Assembly (NCBI GenBank): GCA_951406725.2
Contig: OX597815.1
Span: 189,740,001 to 189,864,000 of the forward strand
Direction: 5' to 3'
DNA: 124,000 nt
From: Octopus vulgaris
Taxonomy: Eukaryota
Below, one piece after another: positions 97,637 through 111,598 of this stretch. The position numbers and the translations under genes were made by a program. The stretch's first letter is position 1. The number at the start of each line of letters is the position of its first letter. The notes under the pieces are model-generated. The model had not been told where the DNA came from. It worked only from the letters and a program-made list of their open reading frames with translations, and did no database searches.

Positions 97637-98032
97637 GTAAGTTGCATATTATGATCAAATTTAACGAAAATCTAATACCAGGTGATTTTAAAGAGTTAAT
97701 GAGGTGATGTTCAATTTTTCTACATGCTACCATTAGCCGGGAAATTGATTATATTCCAAATGCATAAGAAATTGAAGAAATTGAACAAATGTGCCATGTT
97801 ATGATGGTAATTTAACGAACATCAAATATCTATACGGATTTTGGATACTATGAACTATACTCTCAATGACAGCTCCCCACAACAATTTAATATTTCATCA
97901 TGAAACCTTTGAAACAATTTGATATTGTATTCATTTAACATCTGCCCTTTGCACGAAACCCTTTGTAATTCTTTAGATTCGACCAAATGTTTATGGTTTT
98001 CAGATAAAACGAACTGTTATAGCTGAAATGTA

Positions 98033-99658
98033 CGAGATGCATTCAGAAAGTAGTGTCTGACTTTACTTTTTCCTGCCAAAATTAATGCCACATTGGCAAA
98101 ATCCTTTTATATGAGAGGTGACGCCACCCTTCTGCGGCGAGCTGGCAGAATCGTTAGCACGCTGGGCAAAACGCTTAGCGGTATTTCGCCTGCTGCTACG
98201 TTCTGAGTTCAAATTCCACCGAGGTCGACTTTGCCTTTCATCCTTTCGGGGTCGATAAATTAAGTACCTGTTACGCACTGGGGTCGATATAATCGACTTA
98301 ATCCGTTTGTCTGTCCTTGTTTGTTCCTTCTGTGTTTAGCCCCTTGTGGGTAGTAAAGAAATAGGTATTTCGCCTGCCGTTACGTTCTGAGTTCAAATTC
98401 CGCCGAGGTCGACTTTGCCTTTCATCCTTTCGGGGTCGATAAACTAAGTACCAGTTACGCACTGGGGTCGATGTAATCGACTTAATCCGTTTGTCTGTCC
98501 TTGTTTGTCCCCTCTATGTTTAACCCTTTGTGGGCAATAACATAACATTTGCAGGCAGTAACATAACATCGATGAATCCTTGACGAAGGAGTAGTACAGG
98601 TTTTTTTAACAAGCACAGAAGACAATACATTGTTTCCAGAGATAACACCACTGACAAGAGTAATGTGCACGGGTGGATTAGGAAATTTCAAGGCTCAGTG
98701 AATAGAAACCATGAATTCAAAGACCATCAACTACGACGACTAACTCGAATCGCCAGCGAGTGGCTGAAATGACTCATGTGCACAGACGAGTCTGGGGTTT
98801 GCAGAACAACTAGACTGTAATCATAAGCTTTACAGAAACGATTAGGGGACTGGCTATGGGAAAGTGTGTATAATGTGGGTACCTCGACAAATGCTGCTCG
98901 ATTTGTGGACAGAAGCCTGATCTGTTGGAAATGGTTGAATCAACAATGAAGATACGTTTTTGTTTCGATTTTGTGACAGGGGGGTGAAACGTGATCCGTA
99001 TCTTAATCATCTGGAAAGGAAGGCTCAGCCCGTGGAATGGTGTCAGATCTCTCCAAAACCTAAGCATTTCAAGACTCATCAATCAATACAGAAAGTCATG
99101 ATGACTGTCTGGTGGGGGGGATAACATTTGAGTCATTCAACTTGATTTACAACGTGGCTGTATCGTGAACCCTGGATGGTAGACTAAGACACTCAAAAAA
99201 GCTTAGCGAAGTTATTAGAAGGAAGAAACTGAACAAGACTGACATCGATTCACATTCACTCTGACAATGTGTGACCACAGGCACACCTTTGGCAATAAAT
99301 CAAGCAATCAGCAAATTGGCTGTCGGTGGTAACCCATTTATCGTACAGTCCGGATCTGACGCCTTTCGACTCCAATCTGTTTAATTCAATGAAGAATAGT
99401 CTTCGAGAACAATGATTTGAAGACATAGACGTGATGAAAGAGGTTGTGAAGCAGTGAGTACGACCGTGCACACCTCAAGTTCTTCAAAGAGGACCTGAGA
99501 ACTGGCTTTAACATTGACGCAAATGCATCACTTGTGATGCAAAGTGCATCGAGTAGATTTAATTTTATTACTCTATCGTCGTGCACAATTACAATTACGT
99601 ATGTTAGTCGATAAAATTGTTGCGCCATCTTTTGCATTACTTTTAGTATAACTCTCGT
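98033..99658 (+). mobile_element. Near full-length decayed mariner with a SINE family 2 dimer nested at ~98134-98535
   Basis: TA|CGAGATGCATTCAGAAAGTA and TACTTTTAGTATAACTCTCGT ends; WVPRQML, TG(D)ETW-like, KVMMTVWW and YSPDLTPFD motifs with stops and frameshifts. Confidence 0.85.
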
Positions 99659-102600
99659 TGTATTTTCGTCTCATTATTCATGACATTGAGACATTGCTAA
99701 TTCAGTAGTAACCCGCTGATGTCTAAGAACAAGCTTGTGTGTGTGCGTGTATGTGTATGAGGTTGGGTTAATATTTATAATTACTAAGGGCAGTGTTTCG
99801 TTTCCTGGCTAGAACGGACTATAAGCCATATCTAAAGATTTTTAGCCGAAAGTATGTTACGACAAACCTAAACCTACACGATGCTCGCGGGCAGACAAAG
99901 AAAAAAGGAACTGCTGCACATTTGAGATTTGTTAGTAGCTGTTCATCTTCCTTGATTATTACTTTATCCACTAAATAGCAGTAGATTTGCAAGCAGTGTA
100001 GCTGTGGACAGTTAAACAAGTAGCACAGCTGCTAACGAAATGACAGAGTTGATACGTGCAGCATACACCACTGTTCCTTCCTTTTTCTGTCGACGAACTT
100101 ACTGTGTGTATTAATGTAATGTTGACAGTCATCATAACAGATAGCGTTGGCAAAAAAATTTATAGATATCCTCAAAAATATAAGGAAGAAAAGAAGCAAA
100201 CAGTTAACACATTAGTAATTTAATATTCAAGATACCACAAAGTGTTAAATATACAAAATGATTTATCCACTTTACTGAAACCATTAATATCAGTGAGTTT
100301 ATAAGCAGTGCGTTGGTAAATAGTTAATGAATGTGTGTAGCTGCTGACGAAACTCTAAACAGAACTGAAATGTGCTGCACTGGCATTGGATGTCTACAGA
100401 GCTTCAAGGCCTTCCAAAAACGATAAATATTAAGAGTTCTTTTTTAAAGACAAAGAAATTCGCAGAAATTTCATCTGTAAAGTCGTTATGTATTCAACGT
100501 GTAAGCAGGATAAATTTGCTTTGGATAAACTTGTTCTGATAACGATCTTTTGAAAGTAGATCGTTCCTCGAATTTAACAGGTTGTGTGTATATTGCTAAA
100601 TCCAGAAACTGTAGAATATGGTTTGGTAAATTAAACCATTTAATAGAGCAATTTAAAATTTATGGTACTTTAATCATTTAGTCGCCATAGTGTTATGAGA
100701 GAGATATGAGCTTTCTTTTCTTGGGCAGCACTATACACTATTCTTTAATGCAATATAAAACAAAATAAAAAGTGCGAGCGCAATATTATTTGCTCTGTAG
100801 TTTGGAAAAATCTACGCGAAGAAAAATTTGCCAAACATGTTTGCGTAAATTTGATGTGTTAAAGTGAAGGATATTGCAATTTGAATAAATTATTTGTTCG
100901 AAATGCTGCAAAACTTCATCCACACACACTGGTAAAAGCAAAGCATTTTAGGAGAAAAACGTGTTTTATCTGATCTTTAAAGGGCAGTATTTGAGGAAAA
101001 ACAAAAGAATACAACCTATAGAAAATGAATGAAGGTAGGTGATGAGATTGCATTGAATTCTTCTTTATAATAAAAACTTTTGAAATAATTTATAAATATC
101101 AACAAGCGTACGTGAAGGTTTCTTCTAAATGAAAGAAGTCAAAGAAATCTCCTTCAATACTTAAATCAAAAATTGGATGTAAAATGTTCTTGTTATCACA
101201 CCGATGGATAGATTAAGTCATGCTTTTTTCTTCAGAAAAATGGTAATTTACGTTCATGTGGATATAAAAAAAAAAGAAATTGCTATTCTTTGTGAGGTGG
101301 GCCACAACGTATTCCAAACCCCACAAAATACTGAAAATAAGGTAGTTCTAACTTCTCTACTTACTACAAAGGGAATATGTTCACACTGCCAGAATATTGG
101401 TTTTTACAGTAAAGAAAGGATTTGTCGGGCTTAGAACTATTACAAGTATGGATGAAAGTAGAGTGAAATTCTTAGTTCTTCAAGAAAGAAAGAAAAGCCT
101501 ACAGCAACTGCCAAGAAAGTCTAGGACTGCAAGCAGCAAAATTGCTTCCAGAAGGATTATTACAAAAAGTTATAAAGCCGGAAGTGGATGCGTGTGGCTT
101601 AGTGGTTAGGGTGTCAGCATCATGATCGTAAGATTGTGGCTTCGATTCCTGGACCGGGCGATTCGTTGTGTTCTTGAGCAAAACACTTCATTTCACGTTG
101701 CTATAGTTCACTCAGCTGGCAAAAATGAGTAACGCTGCGATGGACTGGCGTCCCGTCCAGCTGGGGGACACATACGCCATAGAAACTGGGAAACCGAGCC
101801 CATGAGCCTGGCTAGGCTTTAAAAGGGCGCATTTATTTTTATTTATTAAGCAGGTAGGGATAACCCAGAATGTTATCTATGCAGACCGGGTGAGATATTC
101901 TACTTTGGCTGCATTTCAAAAACTGTGAATCAGGTGGTGGTGGTGGTGGGGGTGGGGCGGGGGGGAGTTGAAATCAAAGTATGGGATATATTTTCACCTG
102001 CAGGTGTTGGAAAGCATGTAAGATACGAACATTCAATTACGGCTTTTGAATACATAAAGAATTACAAAACCAGTTATTTCCCAGACTGTAGAAGTTATTT
102101 CTTGGAGTAAAAGACAACAAAGAAATCATTTTTCAATAAGACAATGCTTCTGCCAATACAGCGAAGGCAACAAAATAAAAAAATAAAGTGAAGGCTCATG
102201 ATATTCCACAAAGATTTATAGAGGTATTTCTGTATATTGGCTTGTACTTATAGATTTTTAAACAAAATATTACAAAAACTGATTAAAAATTAATTTGGCT
102301 ACTTTTTGTTCCTAGGTCTACACATATGTATGCATGCGCATTCATACCTGTGCGTGTGTGTATATTTTACATACTATATGTGTAGTGCTCTCAAACCCAC
102401 TCACCTGACGACGTGCTATTGGCTGGATCATGTTTATATAATATTTAAAACATATATAATATGGAAAACTCAGCAGTCAACAGCTGACGCTAATGCACGG
102501 AAACAATTGTTGTGTCTTGGATTTATAGCTCAGTCATTCCATCTTCTTGTGTTATAAAATTATCCATCCATTTATCCACCCATACATACATACATACATA

Positions 102601-103149
102601 CATACATACATAATTTATAAGGAAATAATTGACAGTGGCATGGAAACTTCGTTCTTGATGGACTTGTCAGACTCTGAGTTCTGTATTCTTAAGTATTGGT
102701 TATATACTTGGCTCCATCATATGTGTGGAGTACAATCAGCGCCATATAAACGTGGTCTGTAACGTATAGTTGTTTTTTGAGTTAAAGAAAAATTGGATCG
102801 AGAAGTATATAGTATTGTTAAGAATTAGTTATACTTTTTTAATCCAATTTTTATTTAATTCAGAGCTGCTTCTCATGGTTTAGAATGTATAAATAATTCT
102901 TAAGAATGCAAGCATACATATATGCACGTATATAACATATAATGTATGTGCGTATACGCGGTGTTAATATGTGTGAATATACGTCTACATGTGTGTGTGT
103001 GTACGTGTGTGCATATATGTGTGTGTGAATCTATGTATGACTACATGTGTTTGTATGTGTAGTATACGTATATGCATATAATGCGTGTATGTTTAATTGA
103101 GAAAGTGATAGACAAGCTGATAGATAGATAGAGAGAGAGAGAGAGATTA

Positions 103150-103546
<397 letters not shown>

Positions 103547-104152
103547 CGGCAATTAGTGTACACTCGTTTCACTTCTTTGAAGTAGTTCCAAGCAGTAAAA
103601 TAAAAGCAAAGCCGTCCACCTGTCTAATATATACCTATTTTCATGTCAATCACTCAGGGAAAAAGAAACAGAAATCACAAAAGTGGGAAGAACTGATTGT
103701 GTAAAGGTGTGACGTATTTTTTTTTACTGAACAACAGAGTTCTTCCTTGTCTTTGAGGCAATAAAATGGTTTGTTTTTAGCGGTTCTCTGATGTTTTTTA
103801 ATGCAATACGATGTCATTTCGTTTACTTTCATTGGCATGTGATTGTTTTTGGAATGTATTTTAGACATAGGTTTTACTGTGACGAATCGAGTTTACTCTC
103901 TTACTGTGGCAGGTATTGGTTTTTTTGAAACGTGTTACAGATGTAGAGTTTATTGAAATGGATACGTCCAATCGGAAATACGCTATCAGCTATAAATGTG
104001 GATTTCGATGTGAATTTAATTGAAAAGGATTATGATGATTCGGAGAGGTGTTGACCTCTTAGTTTGATGTTTTGAAATATTAATTTCATTGAAAGATTAT
104101 TTTAAAATGTAAAATTTATAACTACTGGAGTATCGGAAGCGAAAAATGTAAA

Positions 104153-104253
<101 letters not shown>

Positions 104254-104307
104254 GTATATATTGTGTGTGTGTGTGTGTGTGTGTATGTGTGTGTGTGTGT
104301 ATGTATA

Positions 104308-104383
<76 letters not shown>

Positions 104384-104399
104384 CACACACACACACACA

Positions 104400-104707
104400 C
104401 AAAATTTTACAATGGAAAAGTTCTTAAGCAGATCAGGCCGAAAATGTCACTAGAAGCTAGGATCACCAAGCATAGATTGGCATATTTTGGTCATATTATG
104501 AGGAGAAAATCCCTGGAGAAGGATATCATGCTCGGAATGGTCAGTGGCAAGAGAGGAAGAGGCCGACCAAGAACCCGCTGGCTTAACGCCATCAAGAGTG
104601 ATACCGGAATGGACATAGCCAGTCTGAAAGAAGCAGCCCAGGATAGAACTGACTGGAGGACACTGATCCATGGCATAACCGAGAGTCGACTTCGACTGAG
104701 CGGATAG
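104400..104707 (+). mobile_element. RTE (BovB-like) LINE 3' fragment
   Basis: [70 protein letters not shown] matches the RTE ORF end; open over ~100 codons. Confidence 0.9.
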
Positions 104708-104716
104708 ATAGATAGA

Positions 104717-104755
<39 letters not shown>

Positions 104756-105059
104756 TTAATAGTAGAGAATATAAAATTACAAGGCAACAGGGGAAAACAA
104801 ACTCAATTTAGTAATACTAAATCAAGTTTAACGATATATTATATATATAAAGAATTAAGAAATAGAACCTCCATGAAATTAATTCAATTAATAGTGAAAG
104901 ATATTATCAATAATAAAATTTAATTGTAACTATATTATTAATATTGTACTAACAGTTACTATACTAAATAATACTCATTAAATCGACTACGCGCGTTTCG
105001 TAACGATATATTTAAATTGACAATATCAAAATCAGTAATCTCCAAAATTTATATTAATA

Positions 105060-106050
105060 TAATCTGTTGGTGCCAAATCAGGTAAGTATGGCGGGTGTGG
105101 CAGCACTTTGCAGTATTGCGTTCGAATGGCTTCCTTGGTCATATTGGCAATACGAGGCGCGGGCGTTGTCGTGCAGAAGAAGAACTCCATGCTGACGATT
105201 AGGGCTTTTCTCTTGAATAGTCGTGTTGAGTCATTCCATCTGTTGAGCATAGAGTTCCGAATTGGCCGTTTGGTTCCACTCAAGCAATTCGAAATGGATA
105301 ATCCCTTCCCAGTCCCACCATACGCACAACATCGTTTTACGAGGATGAAGAACTTGTTTCGCTAAGCCATTCCTTATGCTGCTTCATATTGATGTACCGG
105401 TACCATTTTTTTGTCACCAGTAACGATTTAGTAAAGAAATCATTGCTTGTGTCCATGAGTTGAGCGGTGATGAGCAAGCAAACCAGCAGAGATTGTGGCT
105501 CGTTGATTTTTGTTGTCACTTAAAGCATGCGGAACCCATGCTCGATACTGCTGAACATTTCCTATCGAGTGAAGATGCTTCTCTATAGCAGCGTGGTAGC
105601 ATTCCATTTTCCATGCCAGTTCCTTTGTCGTTTGATGAGAAGTTGGTTTAATCGCTCTTCATCGAACTCAACTAGATGGCCAGAACAAGGCGTGTTTTTG
105701 AGGTCAAAATTTCCATTTTTGAACTTGACATACCAATCATGAGCGGTTCTTTTAGTAATGGCACCCTCTCCATACACAGCACAAATGTCACGAGCAGCTT
105801 TTGCGGCCTTAGAGCCTTGATTCAAAGCAAAAAGAAGGAGGTGTCGAAAATGCTTATTTTCCTTAACTTGACATTGCATTTTAATGATCTGAAAATAAAC
105901 AAAAATAAACTAAAATTAACTAGAAAAAATACAAAACACATTCCAAAATTATTCAAAAATAGAATTCACGAAAAAAATAGATTCCAAAATTTAAAAACGC
106001 AATAAATTCCAAAATTTTAAAAAACGGCGGGAACTTAGTTGCCAACTCAA
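105060..106050 (-). mobile_element. Mariner element, 3'-truncated, with frameshifts
   Basis: HFRHLLLFALNQGSKAAKAARDICAVYGEGAI..WYVKFKNGNFDLKN.PCSG HTH region; HPPYLPDLAPTDY motif; TIR TTGAGTTGGCAACTAAGTT plus TA. Confidence 0.9.
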
Positions 106051-106079
106051 TATATGAACCATAACGCATATATGACAGA

Positions 106080-106461
106080 CTAGCAGTATCGCCCGGCGTT
106101 GCTCAGGTTTGTAAGGGAAATAACTATAAAGCATTTTTAGAGAGTTATAACCAAAAAATAGCAAAAAAATGGAAAAAAATGATGGTAAATTTTTTTGAGA
106201 GTTAAAAAAGGATGGAGTTGCGTCCCCTAGACAGTTTGTGGTTCGTGTTTCTGATTCTCGACCCCATGTCGAATTTATCGATTTTTTTCAGAACTGGGGA
106301 AACTTTTCAAAATTTTGGCTGCGTTAGTTTTGAATTATGACATTGGGCTATGTGTGTGTCAAGTTTCATCAGAATCAGTTGAAAGCCGTGGTCAGGGTGA
106401 GGGTACAAGCAAACAGACACACAGAAACACGCACAGACAAACTGCCGTTTATATATAGAGA
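106080..106461 (-). mobile_element. Non-autonomous Helitron
   Basis: A|TCTCTATATATAAACGGC 5' end; 3' hairpin CCTGAGCAACGCCGGG then CTAG|T. Confidence 0.75.
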
Positions 106462-106505
106462 TATATATATATATATAAAACATATATAATATATTACACA
106501 TATAT

Positions 106506-106674
<169 letters not shown>

Positions 106675-108346
106675 TATAGATATGATGCACAACGCACCAT
106701 ATGTTTAATAATCTGAAATGTTTAATAAGAAATATCTAATGATAAACAATACAAATTTTAGCTTAGCTTCTGCTGCGGTGTGCAATATAATACATCTGGA
106801 CAGTTGTAAGCAAATGTTTATCAATAATCTACAATGTTTACAGAACTTAGAGACATGTTATTACTATGAAACCTTCTGACATGTATGGTTGATCAACCAC
106901 ATTAAACTGTGGTTCGGGTTATATAATCACTGTTTATCTCAAATATATTAACATATTTCGTTTTTTGGATTTGGTTTGCAAGATTCTTTATATGAGTTCA
107001 TGTGTTGAAGCATATTCTATTGTGTCTGGGGAGAGTCATTTTCTTTTTGTGCCTTATTATGTAACACACACACCGGTAAAATTTCCACATTTTTCCACAA
107101 TTTTCAAAACTATTGAAAAGGTTGCAACACGCAACGAAAATTTTAAGAAAATAAAAATAAGAAAAACGTGGAAATTTTACCGGTGAGGGTGTTACATAAT
107201 AAGGTACAAAAAGAAAATTTTTCTCCCCAGACACAATAGAATATTAACATATATTAATATATATAACACTTTATACACTTCTGACTTGAACTTGGTATTT
107301 CTTTATGCAATAGTTTTTGGTTTCTCAATAGTTTAAAGTGAAGCAAAGATAATGTGATCTATTATTTGGGCCAAGATATACACACGACATAGAACAGAAA
107401 ATAAAAATATTGGTTTCAAATTTTCGTACAAGGCCAGCAGTTTTGGGGAAGGATCTAGGTTAATTACATCAACACGAATGTGGAGGCACATGGCTTAGTG
107501 GTTAAAACAGCGAACTCGCGGTCAAGGGATCGTGGGTTCGAATCTTTGACCGGGCGATATGTGTGTTTATGAGCGAAATACCTAAGCTCTACTCGACTCC
107601 GGCAGAAAGTAATGGTGAACTTCTGCTGACTCTTTCGCCACAACATTCTCTCACTCTTTCCTCCTGCATCTTGCAGCTCACCTGTGACGGACCGGCGTCC
107701 CATCCAGGTGAGGAAGCTATACCTCAAGGAAACCAGGAAACTGGCCCTTATGAGCCAGGTAGGGCTCGAGAAGGAACATTAACACCAATGCTCAACTGAC
107801 ACTTAATTTATTATCCCCCGAGAGGAGGAAAAGTATAGTCGACTTCAGTGAAATTTGAACTCAGGACATAAAGATGGATGAAATGCTGCTAAGCACTTTG
107901 TCCAGTGCACAAACGATTCCGCCAGCTCAATGGCTTAGAAAGGACTAATCGCCATCATCATCATCATCCTCATTTAACATCCGCTTTCCATGCGGGCATT
108001 GGTTGGATGGTTTGACTGAGCACTGGTGTGCCAGAAGGCTGCACCAGGCTCCAATCTGATCTGGTAGAGTTTCTACAGCTGGGTGCCCTTCTTAATACCA
108101 ACCACTCCGAGAGTGTAATGGGCGCTTTTTACGTGCCACTGACATGGGAGCCAATCAGGCAGCACTGGCATCGACCACGTTCAGATGGTACTTTTTACAT
108201 ATCCTGTGTTTCAATTACTTACCAAATTTCAACAGTAGAAGAAAAGTTACATACATAACAGTATTTTTAGTTCTGTATATAAGAGTTGAGGAATTATGTA
108301 CATTATTTACATTTGATGGATATTTGTCCTCATCTTGTTTGTTGTT

Positions 108347-108392
108347 AACACAACGTTTCGGCTGATATACCATCCAGCCTTCATCAGGTGTC
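108347..108392 (-). ncRNA. Minimal type I hammerhead, family C (intact)
   Basis: GACAC-CUGAUGA-A-GGCUGG AUGGUAUA UCAGCC-GAAA-CGU-U-GUGUU. Confidence 0.7.
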
Positions 108393-109477
108393 TTGGGGAA
108401 ATTTTGAACCTGGGTTCTCATTCCTAAGGTATTTTTCGATGTCATTATTATTATTGTGGTGGTGGTGGCAGTGGTGGTGATGGTGGTGGTGGTGGTGCTG
108501 GTGCTGTTGCTGCTGCTAGTAATAGTAGTATTAATAGTAATAGTAGTAGTAGAAGCAGCAACTTTATACAGTAATATATAGTTTTTTTTATAAACAAAAT
108601 ACAAATGATTCAATATTGACAGTATTATATGAAAGTGAAGTACTCACACACACACACACACACACATGCACATCAAACAGTAATTTCTTTCATACAACAG
108701 ATACACCTAGTGAAAGTGAATAATTAATTCATTAATAAATAATTAGACTCTTGTAATGCTAATAATGATTATCAAAATTAAATAACCATAGTATATAGCC
108801 ACATATGAAAAGCCTGCAATTAGACAGCAAAATGTCTAACAGTTGGCAAACTTTATATTTCATTATATTAATTCCATTGATTACAGTTTGAATACAATGG
108901 CCGTTAGAGTTATTAGTAAACACTGCTTAATTCTTGGCTTATGATGTTGTTAAATATTTTACATCTTTACATGGATTTGTGTGTGTGAAGACGTGTGTTG
109001 GTAGTTGGAGTAATTAGTGAAATAAGTTAGTTATTGGAATAAAATATTTCTTCTTCTTTCAATCATTTGTAAAATTGGTAAAATATGGATTTGGACAGTA
109101 TTGTTTCCGTTACTTTGTCATTGGTGTTGGTGTTGTTGCTGCCTTTGTTTAGCTTCAGATCAACCTTTATAATTGAGGGCACTCCAGCTGTAGCCAATCT
109201 GTCATATTTTTATATTTATTTTATATTTATATATATTTATGTATATTTATTTTATATTTATATATATTTTTTTCAAGTAAATTTCATCTAAGAACACATG
109301 TTGCAATATATTATTTCTATTTTTTAAAGTGTGATATGAAAGATATACAGCTGCTATTTCTAGCATATCTAGTAACTATATAGACCAGACATTCTCAACC
109401 AGGCTCCATGCAATCCCTGGGAGTACACATATAAGTTTTGAGTATTCGCACAAGCAAAATAGTAAATTTCTGTGTTC

Positions 109478-109513
109478 CTTTCTGTCGAAGAGCATAGGCT
109501 CGAAATGTAAAAG
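109478..109513 (+). ncRNA. Family E hammerhead-like motif (CUGUCGA)
   Basis: CUUU-CUGUCGA-A-GAGC AUAG GCUC-GAAA-UGU-A-AAAG. Confidence 0.45.
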
Positions 109514-110718
109514 ACTTTCTCACTTCCTGAGCATTAAGCTAATACATCAGTTTGTTGTTTACACACCCATCTTTGTCTTTTGTTTTTTCGTAAATTCTAC
109601 CTATATACTGTCACCTTTTATAGCATTTTATTTATATTCCTTCGATCTTATATAGCTCTAATACATCACAAATTTTTCTACACATATACATCTTTTATCT
109701 TTTATCTTTCACTTGTTTCAGTCATTTGACTGCGGCCATGCTGGGTCACCACCTTTAGTCGAGCAAATTGACCCCAGGACTTATTCTTTGTAAGCCTGGT
109801 ACTTATTCTATCGGTCTTTTTTGCCGAACCGCTAAGTTACAGGGATATAAACATACCAGCATCGGTCGTCAAGCAATGTTGGGGGGACAAACACAGACAC
109901 ACTTATATATACATATATACAATGGGCTTCTTTCAGTTTAGTAGACGGAAACTGAAAGAAGCCTGTCGTATATATGTATATGTATGTGCGCGTATATGTT
110001 TGTGTGTTTGTATTTGTCCCTCCAACATCACTTGACAACCGATGCAGGTGTGCTTACATCCTGTAACTTAGTGGTTCGACAAAAGAGACCAATAGAATAA
110101 GTACTAGGCTTACAAAGAATAAGTCCTGGGGTCAATGTGCTCGACTAAAGGTGGTGCTCCAGCATGGCCACAGTCAAATGACTGAAACGAGTAAAAGAGT
110201 AAGAGTATATATATACACACACACACATATATATATATATATAAGGCCCCCGTGCCGGTGGCACGTAAAAAGCACCATCCGTCCGTGGCCGTTTGCCAGC
110301 TCCGTCTGGCTCCTGTGCGGGTGGCACGTAAAAAGCACCCACTACACTCACGGAGTGGTTGGCGTTAGGAAGGGCATCCAGCCATAGAAACACTGCCAGA
110401 TCAGACTGGGCCTCGTGCAGCCTTCTGGCTTCACAGACCCCAGTTGAAACGTCCAACCCATGCGGACGCTAAATGATGATGATGATGATGATGATATATA
110501 TTATATATATATATATGTGTGTATGTATGTATGTGTGTATAAACACACACACACACACACACTGATATATGTACATGTGTATGTGTGCATATACATTTGT
110601 TTTGTTTGTACATGTCTGTAATTGCCTTGTTATGCTCATGTTCATACATAGACATATATTGCAGTAGTATATGTGGAGATATACCATATATGGGGTATAA
110701 CGTATGTCAGCATGCATG

Positions 110719-110753
<35 letters not shown>

Positions 110754-111510
110754 ATACTGTATGTAAATTCATTTCTGTTTGGAAATTATTTTTACTATAG
110801 GATTACATTTAAGTATACATTCGTATTCATGTGAAACTATCTGTATATATATATATATGTGTGTGAACATGCATGTAATATCAATGTGTATACACATATA
110901 ATATATGTGAACTTGTGTATTTATGTCTGTGTATACTTATTAAAGAGATTTAATTCTTTGAAGTACAAAATCCATTAAAATAAACTTTAACATGAATTAA
111001 GTAATCTTGCTTAGTTTGACCGACTTCAAAGACTCAAAATGCACTCCATTAATTCTATTTCATACAGAATTAGAATTTTTAAGCACCTCATACCCTTACA
111101 CTTAATCAGTATCATATAAGAATAAATATATGGGATAAGGGTAAACTCTAGATATTAATTAAAATACTATGCATTCCTATTACATAGCTATCGGCTTCTC
111201 TATGAACAAAACTTCAAATGGAATAAAATATTTTAAAAGTTTTGCAAATTACAAAGAAATGTTATGCAGTTTTTTCAAAACATATTTTATTGTCGACCAC
111301 AATAAAATTTTTTCAAGAAAAAAAAAAAAGTAATTTTAGTGGAAACATTCATGTTTCTAGAACATTCAGACTGTTAAGAATATGTTAATTAAATCAAAAC
111401 AAAGAATTTCTTATATGTAACAAATTTACATTTAACGCCATTTATCTTCAAGCTGCCAAGATAGAAAAAGAAAAAGAAAAAAAGCTCAGATAAATTTTAC
111501 ATCACTTCAG

Positions 111511-111598
111511 ATTGTGAAAGAGGAAGAATGTTCTGTTGCTAAACACTTGTTCCATAACTTGGAGCCAAATATCTCAATTCTTCTAAATACCAAAGCTG
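111511..111598 (+). CDS. Candidate isolated exon (IVKEEECSVAKHLFHNLEPNISILLNTKA)
   Basis: Acceptor TTTTACATCACTTCAG|A, donor CTG|GTAACT, 88 nt. Confidence 0.3.
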
